Below, one piece after another: positions 8,480 to 18,147 of a DNA stretch of 64,000 nucleotides. The position numbers were made by a program, and so were the translations under genes. Source of the DNA: an uncultured Candidatus Saccharibacteria bacterium (lineage in GTDB: Bacteria; Patescibacteriota; Minisyncoccia; UBA6257; 1-14-0-10-44-23); NCBI GenBank assembly GCA_964549935.1, contig CAZJVT010000001.1, positions 27,922 to 91,921 of the forward strand, read 5' to 3'. Each line of letters starts with the position of its first letter. The first letter of the stretch is position 1. The notes under the pieces were generated by a model. The model did not search any database. It was not told the DNA's origin and saw only the letters and a list, made by a program, of their open reading frames with translations.

Positions 8480-10879
8480 ATGGCTGCATTTCTTAAAAAG
8501 ACAAAGTTGCTAAAATGGCTCATCTGTAGCGGCTTTGTATTGACAATAGCTGCAGTGGTGCTTTTGCTACCTTCCCACTCGGCAAATGCTGCTTGGTACA
8601 ACCCAATCGACTGGGTTACGGGTAGCTTTTCAATGTTCATCAATGCCGCGCTGCTTGGAATTCCTTACATTTTCGGCTTAGTTGGCGGCTCGATCCTTAC
8701 ATTGGCGAGCCTCTTAACCAGCTATTTCTTTACCCTCAACACCGAGATACTGCCCGACAAGTTCCATATGATAGAAAATGGGTTTCGCATTTGCTTGGGC
8801 ATCGCAAACCTCATCTTTGTCATCGCACTCATCATTATTGCTTTTGCAACCATCTTGAATGTCCAGGAATATTCTGCGAAAAAGCTTCTTGGAAAACTCA
8901 TCGTAACTGCAGTCCTCGTTAACTTCAGCTATTTAATTGTCGGCGTCTTTCTTGATATGAGCCACGTACTCACGATGTTCTTTATATCCGGTGGGGGAGT
9001 GGCTAATGTCGGGGCAAAGTTCGGCGAAAGCATCGGCGCTATCTTGCAGCCACAGAAATTCTTGGTGACGCCAGACATCGCGAACCTATCAACTACGGTC
9101 TTTTCCTCTGAATGGTTACAAATGGTGCTTGGAGCAGTTATGGGCTCTATTTTTACCTGGATTGCCGCTATCGTCATGCTTTCAATCGCCATAATGTTCC
9201 TCGTCCGATATATCTACTTAGCGGTACTCATCATCCTAATGCCTCTTGCCTGGTCTCTACCTCTGATCCCGGGGATGAGCGAAATGAGCAGTAAATGGTG
9301 GAGCAAGTTTACACAGCAGGTTCTTTACTTGCCCGCCGCCACGTTCTTTATATACCTTTCGATGAGATTAGCGCTTTCCCTGCAGTCATCACATGACGGA
9401 TTCTCAACCGACCTCGCAAACACAACCACTTCCTACAGCAACCTTCCGTTCGCTCCCCAGCTTATCATGCAGATGATCATCCCAACAGGCTTCCTGGTCG
9501 CATCACTGATAGTCGCCAGCAAACTGGGAGGGGCGGGAACTGGATTCGGCCTTAAAATGGCGAATAAAGTAGCTGGCTTTGCGGAAAAATATGCAAGAGG
9601 TGTCGGCAGCAAAGTTTACAGCTACCAGAGAAATGGCAAGAGCATCGAGGCTGGGGTTAAAAAGCTAGCTGGCGCCGGAAGCAATGCTTTAACATGGCAG
9701 GGGCCTCAGGGTGATGGCAAACTTAAGAAAGGCCTCCGCGGCTTAATTCAAGGTGGTCGCGCAGTAGCTACCGGTGGAGCATCGAAGCAAATTGCAGGTC
9801 AACTAACTGAATTTAGCAAAGACAGGGAAAGCGCTCTGGAGGCCGCCAAAGCTTCACTGCACGACCTTGGAGAAGATCAACTTAACGACATGTATCATGA
9901 CGCGAAACATGCTCCGAAAGATGATACTGAATTCTATGCTGCAGTGGAGCATGCCGTCGAAGAAGGCGATATTGACCACCTGGACGCCTGGATGAGCGAT
10001 GACGCAACTCGCGCACGTATCGTCGCAACGGCAAAGATGTTTGATCCGAAGGCCGCTAAAGACCTCACGAAGAGCAAAACTCTTAAGGCCCTTGCGCAGT
10101 ATGACCCTCCGCATGCCGCCCTTATCACGGGACAGACCACCGAAGCCGTTCTTGGCGGTATGGATGCCAAGGCCTTACAGTCTATGAAAAAAGATGCTCT
10201 CTCGGATGAGAAGGTTATTAATGGCCTAACCCCAAGCCAGCTGGCAACTGCGGCTAGGGGCTCTGGCGAGCGTGAGCAGCTCATTAGCGATGGGCTCAAC
10301 GCCGTTGCCGCAAAAGAGATGGCTGCCCTTAATGACACAAGCCCTGAGGTAGTGGCGCTGAAAAACGAGGTGGCTGCAAAAAAACTTGAAATGGCTGCGG
10401 CAGTGACTGCAGGAAATAAAGAGCTCGAGAAAGAACTTCAAAGAGAAATCAATAAAATTGAACGTAGCATCAATAATATTCCGAAAATCAAATCGGCTGG
10501 AGCCGAACTTGCAGCTCTGGCTGGCAGTCTAGGATCAGCTAAAGATAAAACGGGCTACTACGGCTCCCTTGAAGATGCGAAAGAAGAACTTAAGGCTGCT
10601 CTAGCGCGTGGCGATACGGTGGTTGCTAAAAAATTTGCAAACTCGATGGATATTATTCAAAAACAAATCAGCGACGCTCGCGATAAACAGAGCAGGATCA
10701 TCTCTGACATGGACCTTAACGACCCGGTGATGAAAACGAACACCGCCCTGCGCGATTCACTTAAGGGCATCGACAGTTTGGCGAATAATATCGGCTCCGT
10801 TGTTTCGCAAGAGAAGAAACCGAAAAAGGAGCATGCTCATGCTAAAAACTATTTTGGCGGGGGCGGAGGTGGCCATTAA
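8480..10879 (+). CDS. VirB6/TrbL-like polytopic membrane protein with a long coiled-coil C-terminus
   Basis: Multiple TM helices with ANLIFVIALIIIAFATIL...LVNFS and RYIYLAVLIILMPLAW...WWSKF patterns; neighbours are PrgI- and VirB4-like. Confidence 0.7.
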   Translation: MAAFLKKTKLLKWLICSGFVLTIAAVVLLLPSHSANAAWYNPIDWVTGSFSMFINAALLGIPYIFGLVGGSILTLASLLTSYFFTLNTEILPDKFHMIENGFRICLGIANLIFVIALIIIAFATILNVQEYSAKKLLGKLIVTAVLVNFSYLIVGVFLDMSHVLTMFFISGGGVANVGAKFGESIGAILQPQKFLVTPDIANLSTTVFSSEWLQMVLGAVMGSIFTWIAAIVMLSIAIMFLVRYIYLAVLIILMPLAWSLPLIPGMSEMSSKWWSKFTQQVLYLPAATFFIYLSMRLALSLQSSHDGFSTDLANTTTSYSNLPFAPQLIMQMIIPTGFLVASLIVASKLGGAGTGFGLKMANKVAGFAEKYARGVGSKVYSYQRNGKSIEAGVKKLAGAGSNALTWQGPQGDGKLKKGLRGLIQGGRAVATGGASKQIAGQLTEFSKDRESALEAAKASLHDLGEDQLNDMYHDAKHAPKDDTEFYAAVEHAVEEGDIDHLDAWMSDDATRARIVATAKMFDPKAAKDLTKSKTLKALAQYDPPHAALITGQTTEAVLGGMDAKALQSMKKDALSDEKVINGLTPSQLATAARGSGEREQLISDGLNAVAAKEMAALNDTSPEVVALKNEVAAKKLEMAAAVTAGNKELEKELQREINKIERSINNIPKIKSAGAELAALAGSLGSAKDKTGYYGSLEDAKEELKAALARGDTVVAKKFANSMDIIQKQISDARDKQSRIISDMDLNDPVMKTNTALRDSLKGIDSLANNIGSVVSQEKKPKKEHAHAKNYFGGGGGGH

Positions 10880-10896
10880 TCTACTAGCTAATTATT

Positions 10897-11622
10897 ATGG
10901 CTGATGAAATAAAATATCCTTTCGAGTTACTGCCCGCTGAAATCAAAAAGTGGCTCATCTCCGATGATGCCACTGAATTGGTCAGCAGGATTAACCGCGA
11001 ATGCATGCTTGAAGGAGGAAAAGCTCGTGCTGTGGCAACGCTCATCACGTGGATCGCTATCGACGCAGTCGCGCCGGAAGACACAGCTAATGAATTAATA
11101 GCAAGCTTTGGTTTAGAGCCCGCGCAGGCGCAGATCGTCGCCAAAGAAATACAACAAAAGATTTTTCTGCCTATAAAGCCGCTCATGCGCGCCAAATTAG
11201 GTATAGATATCGAAAAAATAACGACGGGCCCTCTTGCAGCTCCGGTCGCCGGTCCAGCCGCCCAGATCACTAAACTCGCCAAACCATTTGTAGCCGACAT
11301 TCGCAAGCCGGAGCAGGTCGCGAAACCGCAAGCAGCGATGCCACAGGCAAAACCAGTGGCGCCGACAAATACTGCGAAAAAGGGGGAAATCAATACACAA
11401 TTTGGCTTTGTCGAAGTAATGCCGACTCCGCCTCCAGGCTTCAAAGAGGAGTCGCTCGCTCCACCGGCAACCGCGATGCAGACAGCGAAGCCGCCTGCGC
11501 AGCCAGCACAACATCAGGCTGCGCAACCCTCCGTGGCGCAACAAGCTCCCGGACAGCCGGAGCAAGCGCCGAACGATGTCGTGCCATACAAAGACGAGCA
11601 TCCCTTGGACCCGAAGAGTTAG
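10897..11622 (+). CDS. Hypothetical protein with Pro/Ala/Gln-rich tail
   Basis: 241-aa ORF; helical N-domain, low-complexity linker, C-terminal PYKDEHP. Confidence 0.65.
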   Translation: MADEIKYPFELLPAEIKKWLISDDATELVSRINRECMLEGGKARAVATLITWIAIDAVAPEDTANELIASFGLEPAQAQIVAKEIQQKIFLPIKPLMRAKLGIDIEKITTGPLAAPVAGPAAQITKLAKPFVADIRKPEQVAKPQAAMPQAKPVAPTNTAKKGEINTQFGFVEVMPTPPPGFKEESLAPPATAMQTAKPPAQPAQHQAAQPSVAQQAPGQPEQAPNDVVPYKDEHPLDPKS

Positions 11623-11652
11623 CTAGTTAGCTGGTCGTTGGTTAGTTAGCCT

Positions 11653-12015
11653 ATGGCTGAAAACTTTAAAAGTCTGAAGATATGGCAGCAGGCGGAGTCT
11701 CTGACTGTTACAGTTTATGAGTTAACGAAGAAGTTTCCAAAAGAAGAAACATTCTCTCTCATTGACCAAACTCGTAGAGCAGCTAATTCGGTCGGTGCCA
11801 ATATTGCTGAGGCCTCTGGCAGATGGGGAACAAAGGACAAAATACAATTCCTTATGTTTGCGCGTGGCTCGATTATGGAAGCACGTAGCCACCTCTCGCT
11901 AGCCCATAGACTAAAATACCTCTCAACAATAGACTATACTAAGTTAGAGGGTGAATACGACCTTTTGGCGCGCAGTCTTAACGCGTTTATCAAAAGCATC
12001 AAGCCAACTAACTAA
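11653..12015 (+). CDS. Four-helix-bundle protein (23S rRNA IVP/Avd-like family)
   Basis: FKSLKIWQ...FPKEETFSLIDQTRRAANSVGANIAE...FLMFARGS..E. Confidence 0.9.
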   Translation: MAENFKSLKIWQQAESLTVTVYELTKKFPKEETFSLIDQTRRAANSVGANIAEASGRWGTKDKIQFLMFARGSIMEARSHLSLAHRLKYLSTIDYTKLEGEYDLLARSLNAFIKSIKPTN

Positions 12016-12038
12016 CGACGAACTAACCAACGGCTACT

Positions 12039-12401
12039 ATGCAGTTCCAAGTCCCTCAATTCTTAGATGTCCAAGACACTATCTTTGGCCCGCTTACGCT
12101 TAAGCAGTTTCTTTACTTTGCCGGCGCAGGCGGCTTAAGCTTCATACTTTTTTTTGCGCTACAGACTTGGCTCTGGGCGGCGATAACATTCTTAATGGCT
12201 CTTTTGGCAACCGCGCTTGCATTCGGCAAATTTAATGGCCGCCCGATTATCTATATGCTTCTTTCGGCGCTTAAGTTTGCCTGGCAACCGAAACTTTACC
12301 TGTGGCAGTATTCTTCGCCGGCACAGCAAATGCCGGTCCTGCACGGTAGCGAGCAGATGGAGAGGGGATCGGCGCTCAAAAATTTGCTTGCAAAGCTGTA
12401 A
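12039..12401 (+). CDS. PrgI-family (VirB3-like) membrane protein
   Basis: MQFQVPQFLDVQDTIFGPLTLKQF, two TM helices, KFNGRP. Confidence 0.85.
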   Translation: MQFQVPQFLDVQDTIFGPLTLKQFLYFAGAGGLSFILFFALQTWLWAAITFLMALLATALAFGKFNGRPIIYMLLSALKFAWQPKLYLWQYSSPAQQMPVLHGSEQMERGSALKNLLAKL

Positions 12402-12440
12402 CAAAAATCGCGCCGGTGAGTGCGTGATATACTAAAAGAT

Positions 12441-13121
12441 ATGGCGCGTAAAGATGAAGCACTGCCGACGCAGCAATTTGTTGACGTTGACGCTGTCGAA
12501 AACGGCGTGCTTATTCTTCGCGGCGGAAGCCTCCGCCAGCTCATCGCAGTGAGCGGCCTCAACTTTGATCTTAAAACCGAAGACGAGCAAAATGCCATCA
12601 CCTTTGCTTACCAAAACTTCATAAATTCGCTTAATTTCACGCTGCAAATCTTCGTCCATTCGCGCAAAGTAAACATCGACCAATACGTTGAAGGGCTTAA
12701 GGGCGTAGAGGCGGCCGAAACTAATCCGCTCCTCAAAGCGCAGGTAGGCGAGTACCGCGAATTTATTAAGTCTTTTGTCGCAGAAAACGCCATCATGCAC
12801 AAGTCTTTCTACGTCGTCGTGCCTTACGATGTCGTAGAAATCGGCGGACACTCTTCGGCCAATGGGCTCTTCGGATTTTTAAAGAAGAAGGATGCAAACG
12901 CGGAGCTTGCCAAAGCTGAGGAGAGCGAAGACCGAGCGCGGACGATGGGCCAGCTCGCGCAGCGCGTCGACCAGGTAATCTCTGGACTTAGGCAGATCGG
13001 CCTTAAGGCGCTGCCTCTTGGCGACCAGGAGGCGATTGACTTGCTCTACAATCTTTACAACCCGGGGACAGCTGAGCGCAAGGGCCTGGAATTGTCACAA
13101 ACGCCGCAACAACCGCGCTAA
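12441..13121 (+). CDS. VirB4/TraC N-terminal-like accessory protein
   Basis: PTQQFVDV..VENGVLIL, NFDLK..EQ.AI..YQNFINSLNF..QI..HSRK; ATG 7 nt after TATACT. Confidence 0.75.
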   Translation: MARKDEALPTQQFVDVDAVENGVLILRGGSLRQLIAVSGLNFDLKTEDEQNAITFAYQNFINSLNFTLQIFVHSRKVNIDQYVEGLKGVEAAETNPLLKAQVGEYREFIKSFVAENAIMHKSFYVVVPYDVVEIGGHSSANGLFGFLKKKDANAELAKAEESEDRARTMGQLAQRVDQVISGLRQIGLKALPLGDQEAIDLLYNLYNPGTAERKGLELSQTPQQPR

Positions 13122-13122
13122 T

Positions 13123-14826
13123 ATGAATGATCAGATTAAAAATATCATCGCCCCGGCCGGCGTCGAAATCTCGCAGAACAACATTAAAATTGGCGAGAAG
13201 TTCGCTCGCACGCTCTTCATTTTTACCTACCCTCGCTACCTTTCGACAGGCTGGTTCTCGCCAATTGTAAACTGCCCCGAACTTTTAGATATTAGCATTT
13301 TCATCAACCCGATTGATTCTGCGATGGCACTTAAGCAGCTACGACGAAAGGCGACGCAAATCGAAGCGCAGCTCATCGACAAGCAAGAAAAGGGGATTAT
13401 CCGCGATCCAATCCTAGAAACCGCGCAGCAAGACATCGAATCGCTGCGCGATGGATTGCAACAGGCCCGGGAAAACATCTTTGCAGTCGGCCTTTACATC
13501 ACAATGTACGCCGACTCGCTTGAAAACCTCGAGAAACTTGAGGCGAAGATCACAAACATGCTGGAGACACGCCTCATCTACGCAAAGCCAACGACCTTCC
13601 AGCAAATGGAGGCAATTAACTCTGTCTTCCCGATTGGTCGCGACAAAATCAACGTTACAACCCAGCTCAACTCCGGGCCGGTTTCATCCTTCTTCCCATT
13701 CATCAGCCTGAATATGACCTCAGACAGCGGTATTTTGTATGGTATTAACCGCCACAACAACACGCTCATTATCTTCGACCGCTTCAGCCTGGAGAATGCC
13801 AATATGGTCATCTTCGCTAAATCCGGTTCCGGAAAATCGTATGCCGCAAAACTTGAAGCACTGCGTCTTTTGATGACCGGCACCGACGTCATGATCATCG
13901 ACCCGGAAAACGAGTACGAAAAGCTTTCGACGGCAGTTGGCGGTAGCTACTTTAAAATCAGCCTCGCCTCTGAATATCACATTAATCCTTTTGAAATTCC
14001 GATTATTCCGAAGGACGAGGACCCAGGCGAGGTGCTGCGTAGCCACATTGTCACGCTGACCGGCCTCATCAAATTAATGGTGGGAGAGACTAACCCCGAG
14101 GAGGATACGGTCATCGACCGTGCACTCAATGAAACCTACGCCTCTCGCGAAATCATCCCGGGCAAAGACTTTTCAAATGCTACAGCTCCCGTCCTCAAAG
14201 ACCTGGAGACTGTCTTGCGCAATATGGAAGGTGGCGCCTCGCTCGCCGAGCGCCTGTACCGCTTCACCGAGGGCAGCTTCTCCGGCTTTACCAACAAGCC
14301 GACCAACATCGACCTCCGTAACCGCTTAATCGTCTTCTCAATCCGCGACCTTGAAGAGGAGCTTCGGCCGATTGCGATGTACATCGTGCTAAACTTCATC
14401 TGGAGCCTTATCCGCGGCAACTTTAAAAAGCGAGTCGTGATGATCGATGAGGCCTGGATTCTGATGAAAAACCGCGACAGCGCCACGTTTTTATTCGGCC
14501 TGGTTAAGCGTGCCCGTAAATATTTCCTCGGTATCACTACTATTACCCAGGACGTTGAAGACTTCCTTCTTTCTCCGTACGGTCGCCCGATTTTGACCAA
14601 CTCCAGCCTGCAGCTCTTGCTCAAGCAGGCCCCCGCAATGATGGACACCATCTCAAAGACCTTTAATCTCTCTGAAGGGGAGCGCCAGCTACTCATTGAA
14701 GCGGATGTCGGTCAGGGGCTCTTCTTTGCAGGCGCCAATCACGTTGCCATCCAAATCGTAGCCAGCTACCCGGAAAACCAACTGATTACGACCAACCCCG
14801 AAGAACTTCTTGCACAAGAGAAGTAG
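13123..14826 (+). CDS. virB4: VirB4-like type IV secretion ATPase
   Basis: Walker A AKSGSGKS, IIDPENEY, Walker B MIDEAW, KRARKY, TITQDVEDF. Confidence 0.9.
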   Translation: MNDQIKNIIAPAGVEISQNNIKIGEKFARTLFIFTYPRYLSTGWFSPIVNCPELLDISIFINPIDSAMALKQLRRKATQIEAQLIDKQEKGIIRDPILETAQQDIESLRDGLQQARENIFAVGLYITMYADSLENLEKLEAKITNMLETRLIYAKPTTFQQMEAINSVFPIGRDKINVTTQLNSGPVSSFFPFISLNMTSDSGILYGINRHNNTLIIFDRFSLENANMVIFAKSGSGKSYAAKLEALRLLMTGTDVMIIDPENEYEKLSTAVGGSYFKISLASEYHINPFEIPIIPKDEDPGEVLRSHIVTLTGLIKLMVGETNPEEDTVIDRALNETYASREIIPGKDFSNATAPVLKDLETVLRNMEGGASLAERLYRFTEGSFSGFTNKPTNIDLRNRLIVFSIRDLEEELRPIAMYIVLNFIWSLIRGNFKKRVVMIDEAWILMKNRDSATFLFGLVKRARKYFLGITTITQDVEDFLLSPYGRPILTNSSLQLLLKQAPAMMDTISKTFNLSEGERQLLIEADVGQGLFFAGANHVAIQIVASYPENQLITTNPEELLAQEK

Positions 14827-14872
14827 GTTCACTACCAAAAGGCATATTAATAATGCGGTATACTAAGAGGGT

Positions 14873-15583
14873 ATGATTACGGCTCGACGCTTATTAGCCC
14901 TCATCATCCTTAGCAGCACTCTTGCTACGGTCTCTTTCGCTTACGGCGCAGATCTGAGTACAGGGCTTGCAGGAAAAAAACCAGAAAAACAATTCGACCT
15001 TCTAATAACCTGGCGGTCAGAAAGCCAGGTGCCAACCTGGTACCAGGGGAGAGTTTTGCCAACAAAAAACAGCAAAATATATCTTTCCGCTCAAGGACTC
15101 CTGAACGGCAAGAATGTTGATCTGAGCAGTCATACAATAGCCTGGTTTATCGATGGCACCCAGCAAATGAGCGCTGTAGGTAAAACCGCCTTCTCTTTCA
15201 TAGCAGGCAAATATGCTGCCGCCAAATACACGGTGACCGCAAAAGTAGTAGAGAATGCTATCGAAGTCGCCAGCGGAAATACGTTGATACCTATAGCCCC
15301 ACCAAAGCTCGTTATCAATATTCCTTACGCAGACAGGACGCTTCCTCGGAATGACGCAATCCTTGAAGCTCTGATGTACTTTTTTAGTACTATAGATACT
15401 GCCCCTTCAACTTTCGCTTGGTCAATTAACGATATTAAAATGCCGCAATCGCAAATTTTTGGTCCGCTATTAAGCGCCTCTTTCGATGCCGCGGCATTAG
15501 ATGTCCCTGTCGCAGTGCGGATGCAAATAAAGGGCGCCTCAACCGCCTCTTTCGATGCCATTACTCATATCTCCATCAACTAG
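14873..15583 (+). CDS. Secreted beta-rich (Ig-like) hypothetical protein
   Basis: Signal peptide; ITWRSESQVPTWYQGRVLP motif; beta-strand pattern. Confidence 0.65.
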   Translation: MITARRLLALIILSSTLATVSFAYGADLSTGLAGKKPEKQFDLLITWRSESQVPTWYQGRVLPTKNSKIYLSAQGLLNGKNVDLSSHTIAWFIDGTQQMSAVGKTAFSFIAGKYAAAKYTVTAKVVENAIEVASGNTLIPIAPPKLVINIPYADRTLPRNDAILEALMYFFSTIDTAPSTFAWSINDIKMPQSQIFGPLLSASFDAAALDVPVAVRMQIKGASTASFDAITHISIN

Positions 15584-15584
15584 C

Positions 15585-16526
15585 ATGGGAAAAAGTAAAT
15601 TAAAGTGCTTCCTGGCCCTTGCTATTTTGGCGGTATCCTTTATGCTCCCGCAGCCAGCTGCTTTCGCGCGAGACGAGGCCCTTTTAGATAAAGATTTCAT
15701 AGTTCCGATAGCAGGCATGACAAAAATTGATATTTCTCCTGGTGAATATGTCAAAGCTGTTTATACTTGGGGAATAGGCATCGCGGCCCTTCTGGCTGTG
15801 CTAATGCTAGTGTTTGGAGGTGCGCAATATGTCCTTGCGGCGGGCTCCTTCGCAGAAGACTCAGCGGCTAAAGAGCGGATAAAGTCGGCAATTCTGGGTT
15901 TACTTGTCCTAGTTGGAGCAACGGTTATCCTTTCCGTTGTGAACCCCAACCTAACTGATCTAACATTAAATCCGCCGGATATCCTCACGGAAGGTGATCT
16001 CAAAAACCTTCAGGCAGAGTTTTCTTCTTTAAGCAAAAGTTTTAACACAAAGGATGCTTATGGCGATTACCAAGTTCAGCTCGATGATGAAACTGTCGCC
16101 AGTAGTATCGGCGCAAAACTCGCCGCTTCCGAAAAAGCAGCGAAGGCCGACCCTCTCCTGCAAACCGACCAGTACAATCAAAATATCGCAGAAATCAATA
16201 AATATTTTGACACATATTATAGTGACCCTGCATACGCCCAAAAAATTAAAACGGCGATGACCGCGCTAAGAACCAAGAGCGGCTTCCCGCCACCGACTGA
16301 CCGGGAGGTTTTAGATGAAGTCGCCCGTCGGAAGGCTACTGCGTATAGCAAAGTCACCGATGCGCTCAGCAACCAGGATGTTCCGGCGATTAAGGCCCAA
16401 AAACTGAAGTCTGAGACGGATTGGAATGCTAGAGCAGGCATAAAAGATGAAAAACTCCCGCAGACCCCGCCATCCGGGAATAGCAATGGTAATCATAGTG
16501 ACGGGCAGATGCAAGCTTCATTCTAA
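15585..16526 (+). CDS. VirB2/TrbC-like pilin with C-terminal extension
   Basis: Signal peptide then IAALLAVLMLVFGGAQYVLAAG...AKERIKSAILGLLVLVGATVILSVVNPNL. Confidence 0.75.
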   Translation: MGKSKLKCFLALAILAVSFMLPQPAAFARDEALLDKDFIVPIAGMTKIDISPGEYVKAVYTWGIGIAALLAVLMLVFGGAQYVLAAGSFAEDSAAKERIKSAILGLLVLVGATVILSVVNPNLTDLTLNPPDILTEGDLKNLQAEFSSLSKSFNTKDAYGDYQVQLDDETVASSIGAKLAASEKAAKADPLLQTDQYNQNIAEINKYFDTYYSDPAYAQKIKTAMTALRTKSGFPPPTDREVLDEVARRKATAYSKVTDALSNQDVPAIKAQKLKSETDWNARAGIKDEKLPQTPPSGNSNGNHSDGQMQASF

Positions 16527-16531
16527 AAACT

Positions 16532-17677
16532 ATGAATACGAAAAAGGGGTTAAAATTTATAATTCCTATCTCCCTCCTCGTGCTTGTTAGTGGGGGTATC
16601 TGGCTTTGGTACTCCTCGGAGAAAACTGTAAGTCCGCCTCCTGCTGCCGACACTACGGACTCACAAAATCCTTCTGTCTATCTTCCTGACGCGAATACTT
16701 CTGGAGGTACAACGAAGACGGATACTGCTTCTGGCGCAATGCTCCAGCGGGTCTCGGAAGGTTTTGTCGCTTTCTACTGGCTTGACCCGTCTGACCTAAG
16801 CCTATTTACCATTTCAAGCGCCGGGGCCATCACTGAAGCTCCATATCAGGGGACAGAAGAGGTCGTCTATGAAGGGGATGGCAAGCCGTTTGTCTCCGCG
16901 GTACCTTCGGCGAAAGGAGATGAGGTAATTCTAATAACCGGCTCTCCATCAAACCCCACCTTGGCAGTTATCAATGTGATCACGCGCAAACGGACTTTTC
17001 TGCCGTTCACTGCCCGGAGCGCAACCTGGCACCCGAATGGACGCGATATTGTTTTTTTGCGTGACTCTGACGCAAAGAACCCTGCCGGGCTTTACCTTTT
17101 TAATCTTGCGAAAGGCACCTCTTCGCTGCTAGGGGCTCTCTCGCTTGGCGACGTGAAACTATTTACGCAAAATCAAAACTCGATTGCCTTAGTGGAGCCG
17201 CCAAGCCTGCTCGCCCCAAGCTCCGCCTGGAGTTTTGACCTCACTAAGAAAACTCTTTCGCTAATCACTACACCACAGGCTGGTTTTATGGCCAGTTGGA
17301 GTAGTTTTGCTCCTTTTGACGCCCTGGCTTATGTTCCGACGGTAGGCGTTCGTGCTATCAGCGCAAAAGGAACAGCGATAACGCTCACATCCGCAAGCCT
17401 GCCGGACAAGTGCGCCTTCGGTAAATATGAAGCAGCCTATTATTGCGCTGTCATGAGAACCGTCCCAAAAGGCATGCCGGACAGCTACTTACAGAAAGCT
17501 GCCTACTCGATAGACTCACTTGTCGCATTCTCGCGCTCCGGCGAAAGTAAATTACTATGGGACAGCCAGGCGAAAGGTGAGCCTTTTGATGCAACTAATC
17601 TAAAACAAATAGGAGATACTCTTTATTTCATCAATAGATACGACAACAGGCTTTACTCGTTCGGCCCGATCAAGTAA
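16532..17677 (+). CDS. Membrane-anchored beta-propeller-like protein
   Basis: N-terminal TM, ATWHPNGRDIVF repeat-like motif, LPDKC and LYFINRYD motifs. Confidence 0.65.
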   Translation: MNTKKGLKFIIPISLLVLVSGGIWLWYSSEKTVSPPPAADTTDSQNPSVYLPDANTSGGTTKTDTASGAMLQRVSEGFVAFYWLDPSDLSLFTISSAGAITEAPYQGTEEVVYEGDGKPFVSAVPSAKGDEVILITGSPSNPTLAVINVITRKRTFLPFTARSATWHPNGRDIVFLRDSDAKNPAGLYLFNLAKGTSSLLGALSLGDVKLFTQNQNSIALVEPPSLLAPSSAWSFDLTKKTLSLITTPQAGFMASWSSFAPFDALAYVPTVGVRAISAKGTAITLTSASLPDKCAFGKYEAAYYCAVMRTVPKGMPDSYLQKAAYSIDSLVAFSRSGESKLLWDSQAKGEPFDATNLKQIGDTLYFINRYDNRLYSFGPIK

Positions 17678-17679
17678 GC

Positions 17680-17715
17680 AAAACATAAAACCGCCTTCCG
17701 GCGGTTTTATGTTTT
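17680..17715. terminator. Bidirectional intrinsic terminator
   Basis: AAAACATAAAACCGCC-TTCC-GGCGGTTTTATGTTTT between convergent genes. Confidence 0.85.
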
Positions 17716-18146
17716 TAAATCGGTTTGATGACGACGCAGCGGTCTTTGCCTTCACCGGCGCTCTCGGTCTTCACGTCTGGGCGCATCGAGAGCTCGGTGT
17801 GCACTAAACGGCGCTCGTAAGCATTCATGGCCGGCAGGCGAACCTCTGCCTTGGTTGCAATGACCTTCTGGGCGGCTGCTCGAGCAATCTCGAGGATCAG
17901 CTTTTCGCGCTCTTTGCGGTAGTTGTTGATGTCGATGACATACATCGGCTCATCAGTCTTACGGGCAAGGATTGAGGAGAGGTACTTCAAGTCCTTCACG
18001 AGGTCGGGGACGAGCTTGGCGAACCACTCGTCTTCGTCGGCGGTTACGCTCATGCGGCGGCCGGCCTCATCAATCTCAACGACGGCGTTGCGGAGGCCGA
18101 GGTAGCCGACTATTTTCTTAAGTTTCTCCGGAAGGGTTTCTGACAT
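17715..18146 (-). CDS. jag: Jag/KhpB-like R3H RNA-binding protein (short form)
   Basis: IDINNYRKERE, PAMNAYERRLVH, TESAGEGKDRCVVI; downstream of yidC. Confidence 0.85.
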   Translation of the reverse strand: MSETLPEKLKKIVGYLGLRNAVVEIDEAGRRMSVTADEDEWFAKLVPDLVKDLKYLSSILARKTDEPMYVIDINNYRKEREKLILEIARAAAQKVIATKAEVRLPAMNAYERRLVHTELSMRPDVKTESAGEGKDRCVVIKPI

Positions 18147-18147
18147 A

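Noticed and set aside
11653-12015. Diversity-generating retroelement (Avd-like gene)
   Set aside because: No reverse transcriptase and no TR/VR repeat pair seen in the window
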